From contig CBDBNO010000010.1 of assembly GCA_965207785.1 (NCBI GenBank), positions 202,108 to 266,107 on the forward strand: 64,000 nucleotides of DNA, given 5' to 3'. This document shows, piece by piece, positions 1-7,548 of the stretch. Both the position numbers and the translations under genes were made by a program. Positions within the stretch are counted from its first letter, which is position 1. Every line of letters begins with the position of its first letter. Source of the stretch: Alphaproteobacteria bacterium (GTDB lineage: Bacteria; Pseudomonadota; Alphaproteobacteria; SP197). The notes beneath the pieces were generated by a model, which did not search any database, was not told the DNA's origin, and was given only the letters and a program-made list of their open reading frames with translations.

Positions 1-1373
1 TGCGCAAGATAATCGCGAAGATCGCGCAACAAGGCTGTTTCGGCACCTCCGGCGACGGCAAGGAAATCCTCGGTATCGGCAAGAGCCTTGGGGAGCGTTA
101 GCCAGGGAACTGCACTTTCGGCAGCCATGAGGCGTTGCGCCACGCCGATTTCATATGCGTGGCGGGCTGGTTCCGGCATAACTTCGGAAGCTTCGGTGTG
201 GATGAGTCTCTCCCCTAAGATTTGAAGGCGGGCATCAGACAATCCTTGCAGAATCGCCGGGCGTGCGGACCATTCGGCCAAATGGAACGCGGCCATAGCT
301 GTCTGATCGTCAATTCCCGTAAAACCGTCATAGATTTGCTCTTCGACGTGCCGGGACGGTTTCTTCGGCTCGCGGGTTGCGAGGAAAGCGGCAATGAGGC
401 GTTGGACAAGCACGTTGTCGCGGCGGACGCGCGCAGCGCGGTCTCTCAGATCCACAATGTCCGGCACCATAGATTGTATGTGCTCGGGCGCATCATCATA
501 CAAGGCAACGCACGGACAGGCGTTGGCACGCAAAACTCGCACGGGCTTCGGTCTAACGGAAAGCCGTTCAACCAATTGGTGGTCAGGGAGAACGGCCAAC
601 TCTTCGGGATCTACGGCAAGGTTGAACACAAACAGCTGCGAACTGTTGTCCGGATTGGGTCCAAGGTTCGTAACCATCCAGGAGTACACGTTGCCGAAAA
701 AGATGTCGGTGAGGGAAAAAAACTCTTCCTGCTCCACAAAATCCAATACGGCGGCTTTCTGGGAGAATCGGACAAAGTTCGACCAGTGGCCCTCAGCTCG
801 ATCGGCTAGGATGCGGCATACATGGATCGTCGCCTCCACGTCACCCATTGCATCATGGGCAGCAAATTGGCTGTAGCCGTTGATCGGAGCAAGCATGTCA
901 AGCTTGAAGGTAGCCCGACCACTCTTGTCGATCGGCAACGAAAGAACACCTGGTTGGAACAAGTTAATCGCCTTCATGATTCGCAGACTGTCCGAACGGG
1001 AATTGCCGTTTGTATTGGTGAGGTATGGGGCGTGCAGAGTCTTGAATAGTGCCTGGCGTAGAAGATGCTCGTCGAAGGCCATGGAGTTGTGGCCGACGAA
1101 GATCGCCGGCGACCATTCATCGAGCTTGGCCTTGATTGCGCGCACCATCTGGTAATGGCTGGGCAGGTCCGGGGCGATGAGCTCGTCAATGGTTATGGCT
1201 GTAACGCGCATGGCACCAGGCGACGGTACGACGTATGGGAGCAGTCGGCAGCGAATTTCAAATCGTTCCAATTCGCGCAACTCGTGATCAGTCCTGATCG
1301 CGCCGAACTGGAGAATTTGGTCGAAAGCGGTGTTGGTTCCTGTGGTTTCCGTGTCGTAGAATACGAAACTCAA
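1..1373 (-). CDS. sbcB: Exodeoxyribonuclease I (SbcB-like DEDDh 3'-5' exonuclease); partial, C-terminal end lies beyond window start
   Basis: Hand translation of the minus strand from TTG at 1373 gives LSFVFYDTETTGTNTAFDQILQFGAIRTD...NSRSDSL...HAHDAMGDVEAT, matching ExoI motifs (DxE, HAHDAM). AGGAG lies 8 nt upstream. This ORF is not in the supplied track because it starts with TTG and runs off the window. Confidence 0.75.
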   Translation of the reverse strand, partial: MSFVFYDTETTGTNTAFDQILQFGAIRTDHELRELERFEIRCRLLPYVVPSPGAMRVTAITIDELIAPDLPSHYQMVRAIKAKLDEWSPAIFVGHNSMAFDEHLLRQALFKTLHAPYLTNTNGNSRSDSLRIMKAINLFQPGVLSLPIDKSGRATFKLDMLAPINGYSQFAAHDAMGDVEATIHVCRILADRAEGHWSNFVRFSQKAAVLDFVEQEEFFSLTDIFFGNVYSWMVTNLGPNPDNSSQLFVFNLAVDPEELAVLPDHQLVERLSVRPKPVRVLRANACPCVALYDDAPEHIQSMVPDIVDLRDRAARVRRDNVLVQRLIAAFLATREPKKPSRHVEEQIYDGFTGIDDQTAMAAFHLAEWSARPAILQGLSDARLQILGERLIHTEASEVMPEPARHAYEIGVAQRLMAAESAVPWLTLPKALADTEDFLAVAGGAETALLRDLRDYLA

Positions 1374-1391
1374 GCTGGTTTCTCCTAGATG

Positions 1392-1925
1392 TCACGCGAA
1401 CAGGTTTCCAAGCCGAAAACGCATGGCGGACGTACTGACCTTGAAGCTTCTGGCCAACGCGGTCACCGCGCTTTCGTCGTCGATGTCGAACGGCTCGTTG
1501 CCCAGCGCCTTCGCAAGCATGGCTTTCGGCATCAATAGTTCCGCAGCAAAGAGGTTGGCTTCGATCTCCATCACGTCAACTCCTTCCGTCGATACCGAAT
1601 CGCGCATCAGCATCGGAGATGCCAAGGCTTTATCGACGTGCACCTCCTTGGTGATTTGCGACTTGTGAAGGGTCAAGTGGCCGCATTCATGGGCGATGGT
1701 GAAGCGCTGGCGGTTGGGATGGTGAAGAGCATTGACGCCGATTATCGGTTTGCCGTCCTTCAAGTAGATCATCCCGGATAGTTCGTCATCAAGCGGCGAA
1801 AATCTCAGTGTGGCGCCGAGTGTTCTTACAATCCGTTCGACAGGAACTGGCGGAGCCATCACTTCATGGTCGTCAAGAAGGGACTGTGCCCGGATCAAGA
1901 TAACCTTTCTTCGTCTTGGGTTCAT
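1392..1925 (-). CDS. ImmA/IrrE-family zinc metallopeptidase (COG2856, CapP-like)
   Basis: 177 aa with the HEXXH motif (IAHECGHLTL) in the family-typical position. Its ATG overlaps the stop of the upstream XRE gene (ATGA at 1925-1928). Confidence 0.85.
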   Translation of the reverse strand: MNPRRRKVILIRAQSLLDDHEVMAPPVPVERIVRTLGATLRFSPLDDELSGMIYLKDGKPIIGVNALHHPNRQRFTIAHECGHLTLHKSQITKEVHVDKALASPMLMRDSVSTEGVDVMEIEANLFAAELLMPKAMLAKALGNEPFDIDDESAVTALARSFKVSTSAMRFRLGNLFA

Positions 1926-2299
1926 CAGTCGGTCTCCGGTGTTTCTTGGTTATCGGTGTGCAGGGCATCACCTATCAGACGCAACACGTCCTGCCGTTGC
2001 GTTTCGCTGAGTCCCTCGGCGGGAAGGGGCAGCTCAGCAGGCTCGTCATCACGGGGGGGCGGCAGTGGCATTAGAACACCCGGGGAATCGAGGTCGAGTG
2101 CGGTGGCGATGGCATAAAGGTGATGCAGCAGGACTTGCTGACGGCCGGCTTCAATGTTGGCGAGTGACGCGCGCGAGATGCCGATTTCGGCAGCGAGCTG
2201 GGCTTGGGTGCGGGGAGCGCCCGCACGAAAGTGCCTGATGTGCCGGCCCACTTCCCTATAGATGTCACTTGGCCTCATGTGTGGATAGTACCGGAACAC
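1925..2299 (-). CDS. XRE-family HTH transcriptional regulator (CapH-like repressor) with acidic C-terminal tail
   Basis: HTH_3-like segment TQAQLAAEIGISRASLANIEAGRQ. Translationally coupled to the downstream ImmA gene. An alternative ATG start lies at 2278. Confidence 0.8.
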   Translation of the reverse strand: MFRYYPHMRPSDIYREVGRHIRHFRAGAPRTQAQLAAEIGISRASLANIEAGRQQVLLHHLYAIATALDLDSPGVLMPLPPPRDDEPAELPLPAEGLSETQRQDVLRLIGDALHTDNQETPETD

Positions 2300-2330
2300 A
2301 CAAGAGATGCCAAGCTCGCAAACAGCATAT

Positions 2331-2345
2331 GTTTGTTTAACAAAC
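2331..2345. promoter_or_regulatory. Inverted repeat GTTTG-N5-CAAAC in an AT-rich divergent intergenic region; candidate operator for the XRE regulator
   Basis: gtttgtttaacaaac read directly. It sits in the only AT-rich stretch (2320-2370) between the divergent XRE gene and the Ubl operon. A TTGACG -35-like hexamer is at 2365-2370. Confidence 0.35.
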
Positions 2346-2452
2346 GTGTAAGATGTTTTTTTTCTTGACGGGCCAGTTCATCGGTGCGATGCTACGGATT
2401 GAACCGGGCACAGAGGCGCCCGACCACCTGAACGGAAATGAGGTGTTGAACT

Positions 2453-3178
2453 ATGGATGAACGCAACCTGGTCGTAGAGGACCGCAACCATCCGCGGGAT
2501 GGTGTGGAACGAGAAAAGGGCCCGTCCGGCACCTTCACAATCAATGTGGGCAACGACGCTCTCGAGTTCCAGGGTGTAGACATGAAAGATCCGGTGCCCA
2601 CGGGCCGTCAGATTATCGAGGCGGCCAAGCTAGGCCCAGTCGAGGCGTTCCTGCTTTTCGCCGTCTCTCATGACCGCCGGCTCAGTGAAGTCAAACTTGA
2701 TGAGACCGTCGATATCCGCGGAGACGCCGAAAAGCTCTTCCTTGTCTTCAAGAACGACCGGTCTTGGCGCGGGCTCATCGACGGCAAGCGGTTCGAGTGG
2801 GGCGCGGAGGCAATCAACGGCCGCGTGCTGAAGTGGCTGGCTGGAGTCGATCCCGCAACGCACGGCGTTTGGCTCGAACTGCGAGACGAACCCGACCGGC
2901 TGATCGGCGACGACGAACAGGTGTCGCTGTCGACTGCAGGTGTCGAACGCTTTCGGACCGACCCGCTGTTTCGCGTGTGTGTCGAGGACGAATTCCATCC
3001 GTGGACTCGGCCGACCATCACGACTGAGGAGATTGCCGCGTTGGGCGGTTGGGATATCTCGCAGGGCGTTATCGAAGTCGACCCTGACCAGAACGAGCGC
3101 ACACTTTCGCCGGAAGAGGTCATCAAGCTGCGACCCGATGTGTCGTACGGCAAGAAGCTTCGTTTCAAGAGGGGATAG
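2453..3178 (+). CDS. Multi-ubiquitin (tandem beta-grasp) ubiquitin-like protein, BilA-like; C-terminus ...LRFKRG
   Basis: 241 aa. Residue pattern resembles the Multiubiquitin family that travels with prokaryotic E1/E2/JAB genes. It ends in a single Gly before the stop. AGGTG RBS 9 nt upstream. First gene of a 4-gene operon. Confidence 0.65.
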   Translation: MDERNLVVEDRNHPRDGVEREKGPSGTFTINVGNDALEFQGVDMKDPVPTGRQIIEAAKLGPVEAFLLFAVSHDRRLSEVKLDETVDIRGDAEKLFLVFKNDRSWRGLIDGKRFEWGAEAINGRVLKWLAGVDPATHGVWLELRDEPDRLIGDDEQVSLSTAGVERFRTDPLFRVCVEDEFHPWTRPTITTEEIAALGGWDISQGVIEVDPDQNERTLSPEEVIKLRPDVSYGKKLRFKRG

Positions 3179-3180
3179 CT

Positions 3181-3570
3181 ATGAACTCGCGGATCGAGTC
3201 CGAGTTGGCACTTCTCCGGCTGCACTACTCCAGGGTGGACTATCTGGCGGAGAACGCGATGCACTGGTTTAGGGTTGAGATGCTCAAGACGCCCAAGAAA
3301 TGGGCGCCGGCAGAAATCCCCGTCGTGTTCGCCGTCACCGAAGGCCACCCTGGCGCGCAGCCTTACGGCTTCTTTGTGCCCGGGGAGTTGAACTTGGATG
3401 GCAATCCGCCCTCCGAGCATGGTGCGCCCCACCCCCCTCCGTTCGAGGGCATCTGGCGGTTTCTGTCGTGGCAGCCGGAAGGATGGCACCCAACAGGCGA
3501 TGTGCGCTCGGGCTCGAATCTGTGGGGCTGGGTACGGACATTCATGCACCGGTTGAGGGAAGGAGTCTGA
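3181..3570 (+). CDS. E2-like (UBC-fold) protein, BilB position; contains no cysteine
   Basis: 129 aa in the operon position of the E2. Has a HPG...GFFV segment resembling the E2 HPN...GxIC region, but there is not a single Cys in the ORF. Starts 2 nt after the Ubl stop. Confidence 0.5.
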   Translation: MNSRIESELALLRLHYSRVDYLAENAMHWFRVEMLKTPKKWAPAEIPVVFAVTEGHPGAQPYGFFVPGELNLDGNPPSEHGAPHPPPFEGIWRFLSWQPEGWHPTGDVRSGSNLWGWVRTFMHRLREGV

Positions 3571-3574
3571 AGGG

Positions 3575-4093
3575 ATGAACACCCTCATGTTAGACAAAGA
3601 CCTTCAGCGCCGCCTCTGGTCCCATCTCCTGCGCAAGGACTCGATGCAAGAACAGGCCGCTTTCCTTTTCTGCATGACGGAACCCGCAGATTGCGGGGTG
3701 ACGTTCGTGGCGGTTGATCAGGCCTTTCTGGGACCAGACGACTTCGTCGCCCAGCGTACTGACTACCTGGAACTGACGAATGAGACCCGGATCAGGCTGA
3801 TTAAGCGAGCGCATGTCCTAGGAACCTCGCTGGCCGAGCTTCACTCGCACCCTGGCCCTTGGCCGGCAGCTTTTTCTCTATCCGACCGGATTGGATTGAG
3901 AGAAACCGTACCGCATATGCGGTGGCGCTTGAAAAGGCGGCCCTACCTGGCCGTGGTGGTGGCGCCGTCAGGCTTCGACGCACTGGTTTGGTCGCGGGAC
4001 GCCAGGATTCCCGAGCCTCTGGCCGGGATCGACATTGGCGGCGAGCTCATGACGCCGACCAACTTCTCACTCGGAGGATGGGACGATGACTGA
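3575..4093 (+). CDS. JAB/MPN+ (JAMM) metallo-isopeptidase, BilC-like
   Basis: 172 aa with an upstream Glu and ELHSHPGPWPAAFSLSD, i.e. the HxH...S..D JAMM motif. GGAAGGAG RBS. Confidence 0.8.
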   Translation: MNTLMLDKDLQRRLWSHLLRKDSMQEQAAFLFCMTEPADCGVTFVAVDQAFLGPDDFVAQRTDYLELTNETRIRLIKRAHVLGTSLAELHSHPGPWPAAFSLSDRIGLRETVPHMRWRLKRRPYLAVVVAPSGFDALVWSRDARIPEPLAGIDIGGELMTPTNFSLGGWDDD

Positions 4094-4943
4094 GGATCGC
4101 TTTGATCGGAATGAACAGTTGTTTGGCAAAGAGGGCCAAGCTCGCTTGCGGCGTACCCGTGTGGCCGTCATGGGGGCAGGAGGGTTGGGCAGTCACGTTA
4201 TTGCGCAGGTTGCACTGCTCGGGGTGGGCGACATAGCGGCGGTTGACCGACAATGCGTCGCACGTTCAGATCGCAACCGCTATCTCGGCGTGTGGGACAA
4301 GGATCCGATTCCCGGGTCGCCAAAGGTGGCGCTCGCGAAACGCCATATCCACTTGATTGATCCCAGGATTACGGTCACACCGATTAAGGACGACATACTC
4401 TCGGCGCCCAGCCTCGGCGCGATTCAAAAGGCCGATTTCGTTTTCGGATGTGTGGACAATGACGGGGTCCGATTCTTCATCAACGAGGCATGTCTTGCCT
4501 ACGAGAAGCCGCTGATCGATCTGGCTTCCGACGTGCCTGAACCAGGGGTGTTCGGCGGCCACGTTGCGATCGTCTCTGGTAGTCTTGGCTGCATGCACTG
4601 CCTCGACCTTCTTGATCCCGACGAGGTGCGCCGATACCTCTCACCGCCCGAATTAGTTGAAAACGAAGACGCTGTCTACGGGATCAAGGCGAGCGCGCTT
4701 GCGGAGACCGGCCCTTCGGTTGTATCGGTGAATGGGGCAGTCGCCTCACTTGGCGTGACTGCTTTCATGGCACTAGCGACAGGAATGCACCTCCCTTACG
4801 CATTCCTGACCTATCGTGGAGACCGAGGTACAGTCACGCGCAAGACGATCAAGGCTGCCGAAGACTGCTACTATTGCTCCGTGGTGCGCGGTCAGGGTGA
4901 GTGGGCGAATCTTGAGCGGTACTTTCGAAAGGCCGCTGCTTGA
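4086..4943 (+). CDS. ThiF/MoeB-family E1-like ubiquitin-activating enzyme, BilD-like
   Basis: 285 aa. Rossmann motif VAVMGAGGLGSHV. Two Cys pairs (GCMHC, CYYC) form a MoeB-like Zn site. Overlaps the JAB gene by 8 nt with a GGAGGA RBS. Confidence 0.85.
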   Translation: MTEDRFDRNEQLFGKEGQARLRRTRVAVMGAGGLGSHVIAQVALLGVGDIAAVDRQCVARSDRNRYLGVWDKDPIPGSPKVALAKRHIHLIDPRITVTPIKDDILSAPSLGAIQKADFVFGCVDNDGVRFFINEACLAYEKPLIDLASDVPEPGVFGGHVAIVSGSLGCMHCLDLLDPDEVRRYLSPPELVENEDAVYGIKASALAETGPSVVSVNGAVASLGVTAFMALATGMHLPYAFLTYRGDRGTVTRKTIKAAEDCYYCSVVRGQGEWANLERYFRKAAA

Positions 4944-4945
4944 AC

Positions 4946-5007
4946 ATGCATGCCGATCATATTGAGCACTGCGCCGTACATCCTACGGACTTTCGGCATG
5001 CATTGTG
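4946..5007. terminator. Long imperfect hairpin immediately after the E1 stop (possible operon terminator / island boundary structure)
   Basis: catgcatgccga (4946-4957) pairs with tcggcatgcat (4997-5007). A nested ccgta/tacgg stem is inside. No clean U-tract follows. Confidence 0.3.
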
Positions 5008-5186
5008 AGTTCCCTGTCTGTCTTGCCAACTGACCGCCTACCACGTCTTCCAATCCACGTCCTCGAACAGATGCGCACGCGTGTACTGCCGCCCATTGAT
5101 ATTGGCCTGTGAAACAGAGAATTCCGCTACTTGTGGAGTATGGCCTGGGCACTTCCGCTAAGAGGAACCGAACCGCTGACGCGACG

Positions 5187-5456
5187 TCAAGACTGTCCCG
5201 GCATTCGGAGCTCGAGGTGAATAGAGTCCACGGTAGCTAGTGAGATCAGCTTCACGGCCTCAGCCACAATGTATCCGTCGCTCGCCTCGATCACCAAGCA
5301 ATCGAGCCCTGCCCGAGCGTAGCGAGGGCATAGATCCAGGATCACGTGGTGCTCCCAACCGGAAGGACGACCACTCCAAATTGTCGGATCGTGATTGCGA
5401 AGTTTATCGGCTTGAAGTAGTCGGGTACGCCGTGCCATTGCCTGACTGCGGACCAC
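5187..5456 (-). CDS. Hypothetical small ORF / possible gene remnant
   Basis: 89-aa ORF starting at GTG 10 nt after the proW stop. Its GC3 (about 58%) is far lower than the flanking genes and there is no recognisable motif. Confidence 0.2.
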   Translation of the reverse strand: MVRSQAMARRTRLLQADKLRNHDPTIWSGRPSGWEHHVILDLCPRYARAGLDCLVIEASDGYIVAEAVKLISLATVDSIHLELRMPGQS

Positions 5457-5466
5457 GAGATCTTCG

Positions 5467-7548
5467 TCAGGTGGAAAGGCCGAGGTCGCGTTTCTTGCCG
5501 GCGGCCCAGGCCTGGATGATGCGGTCGGCGATCATGGCCATGAGGGCCATGGATCCGCCGGCGATGACGCCCTGGCCAAACTTGGCGTTGGTGAGGCTGT
5601 CGTAGACCCATTGGCCGAGACCCTTGGTGCCGACGAGGGCGGCGATGACGAGCATGGCGAGGGCGAACATCACCACCTGGTTGAGGCCCACCATGATCTC
5701 CGGGATCGCGAGGGGGAGCTTGACCTTCCAGAGGACCTGGCGCTCGGTGCAGCCCATCATGCGGGCGGCCTCGATGGCCACGGGATCGACGTGGCGGATG
5801 CCGTGCTCGGTGTAGCGGATCGCCGGCACGATGGCGTACATGATGATCGCCAGGAGCGCCGAGAAATCCCCCACCAGGAACACCATCACCACGGGGATGA
5901 GGAAGACGAAGAGCGGCATGGTCTGCAGGGTGTCGTTGATCGGCCGCAGGACGGCGGAGACACGGTCGTTCTGCGCCGCCCAGATTCCTAAGGCCCCGCC
6001 GGCCACGAAGCAGATGATGACCGAGGTGGCGGTGAGGTAGAACGACAGCATGGCCCGTGGCCAGGCGCCGCTCACCAGCATGAAGAGCATGCCGAGGAAG
6101 GCGAACAGCGCAACCCTCCAGCCGCCGACCTGAAAGGCGATGAGCGTGACGGCGGCCATGAAGACGGGCCACGGCGTGCCGGACGAACCGTAGTAGAAGA
6201 GGATGCCCAGGAGCGCCGTGGCGACGGCGGCGCGCCAGCCGCCCAGCCTTGCCGCCAGGGTGCCGATGGCCACCAGGATCATCCAGTAGATGACGGAAGC
6301 CAGCGCCGTCATCTCGAACCCCCACGAGGTGGGCCGCGCAATCCTTTCGAGGCCCGCCTTCATGGGCAGCATGAAGAAATAGAGCGTGTAGGTCTTGATG
6401 GCGTCCGTGGTGTCGAAGAAGTTGCGGGTGAACCAGGAGACCGCCGTGTTGAGGCCCTCGGCCGGGTAGATGATCCAGGCATCGGGATAGGCGTTGAACA
6501 CCGGCACCGCCCATGCGAGCAGCGAGCCGGCGGCGACCGCTGCGACCATGGAGGTCAGCATGGGATGGCGGGCGATGTAGTTCCCTGAACGATGCACGTG
6601 GATCTCGCCCGAGCGTTCGGCGAAGCCGCGGCTGATGCGGTCCATCATCATGGCGATCAGCACGATGACCAGTCCGGCCAGCAGGCTCTGGCCGGTCTGG
6701 GCCTTGCGCATCGTGGAGAGCACTTCCCAGCCGATATCGGCGAAGCCGCCGATGATGGCGGCGATGATGACCATGGCGAGTGCCGCCATGATGGTCTGGT
6801 TGACGCCGATCATGATCGTGTGCATGGCGGCCGGAATGCGCACCAGGAAGAGAAGCTGGAAACCGTTGCAGCCGGACATCTGGCCGCTCTCGATGACGTT
6901 GTCGGGAACCCGCTGCAGACCCAGCATGAGATTGCGGACCATGGGCGGGCTGGCGTAGACCGCCGAGGCCACCATGCCGACCACCGGCCCGATGCCGAAG
7001 AGAATCAGGATGGGAATGAGATAGGCGAACGTCGGCACCGTCTGCATGACGTCGAGCGTCGGTTCGATGACGCGCCGGGCCCAGCGGAACTGGAAGCCGA
7101 GCAGTCCCATGACGAACCCGATCATGATCGAAAGCGGCACGGACATGCAGACCAGCGCCAGGGTCGACATGCTCTCGTCCCAGTATCCGACGACCACCAT
7201 GTAGAAGAGCGAGGCCGTGCAGAAGGCGGCGAGACGCCAGCCCTTGGCGGCGTAGGCGATGATCGCCACGATGGCGATCGTGACCGGCCACGGCGACGTC
7301 TGCAGCACGATCTGGATCCCCTCCATCGGCCATTCGAGGGCATCGGAAATCAACCGGAAGAGCGGCTTGAAGTTGGCCGTGAACCAGTCCATCAGATACT
7401 CGAGGCCGGCCTCGATGGGGAGAATCCAGCCCTTCGGATACTTGACGAGCCACTTCGCGTCGTCACGCAGGATGAGGCAAACAATCGCCAGGACGCCGAA
7501 GACCAGCCAGACCAAGAGCCTGGGCGGCAGCAGGCGCGCCGGGTTCAC
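5467..7548 (-). CDS. Glycine betaine/proline-type ABC transporter permease, duplicated (fused double ProW-like) transmembrane protein
   Basis: 693 aa, very hydrophobic, with two BPD_transp_1-like halves. ATGA overlap with the downstream ATPase gene. Confidence 0.85.
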   Translation of the reverse strand: MNPARLLPPRLLVWLVFGVLAIVCLILRDDAKWLVKYPKGWILPIEAGLEYLMDWFTANFKPLFRLISDALEWPMEGIQIVLQTSPWPVTIAIVAIIAYAAKGWRLAAFCTASLFYMVVVGYWDESMSTLALVCMSVPLSIMIGFVMGLLGFQFRWARRVIEPTLDVMQTVPTFAYLIPILILFGIGPVVGMVASAVYASPPMVRNLMLGLQRVPDNVIESGQMSGCNGFQLLFLVRIPAAMHTIMIGVNQTIMAALAMVIIAAIIGGFADIGWEVLSTMRKAQTGQSLLAGLVIVLIAMMMDRISRGFAERSGEIHVHRSGNYIARHPMLTSMVAAVAAGSLLAWAVPVFNAYPDAWIIYPAEGLNTAVSWFTRNFFDTTDAIKTYTLYFFMLPMKAGLERIARPTSWGFEMTALASVIYWMILVAIGTLAARLGGWRAAVATALLGILFYYGSSGTPWPVFMAAVTLIAFQVGGWRVALFAFLGMLFMLVSGAWPRAMLSFYLTATSVIICFVAGGALGIWAAQNDRVSAVLRPINDTLQTMPLFVFLIPVVMVFLVGDFSALLAIIMYAIVPAIRYTEHGIRHVDPVAIEAARMMGCTERQVLWKVKLPLAIPEIMVGLNQVVMFALAMLVIAALVGTKGLGQWVYDSLTNAKFGQGVIAGGSMALMAMIADRIIQAWAAGKKRDLGLST

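Noticed and set aside
222-1388. Plus-strand ORFs 222..809, 394..876, 880..1155 and 1065..1388 in the supplied track
   Set aside because: They are antisense to the sbcB reading frame, which shows clear ExoI motifs on the minus strand. Their amino-acid composition is atypical.
5342-7453. 703-aa minus-strand ORF rich in Arg/His/Gly/Pro
   Set aside because: It is an alternative frame of the proW permease gene (5467..7548), whose translation is a convincing polytopic membrane protein. High-GC frames routinely give long spurious ORFs.
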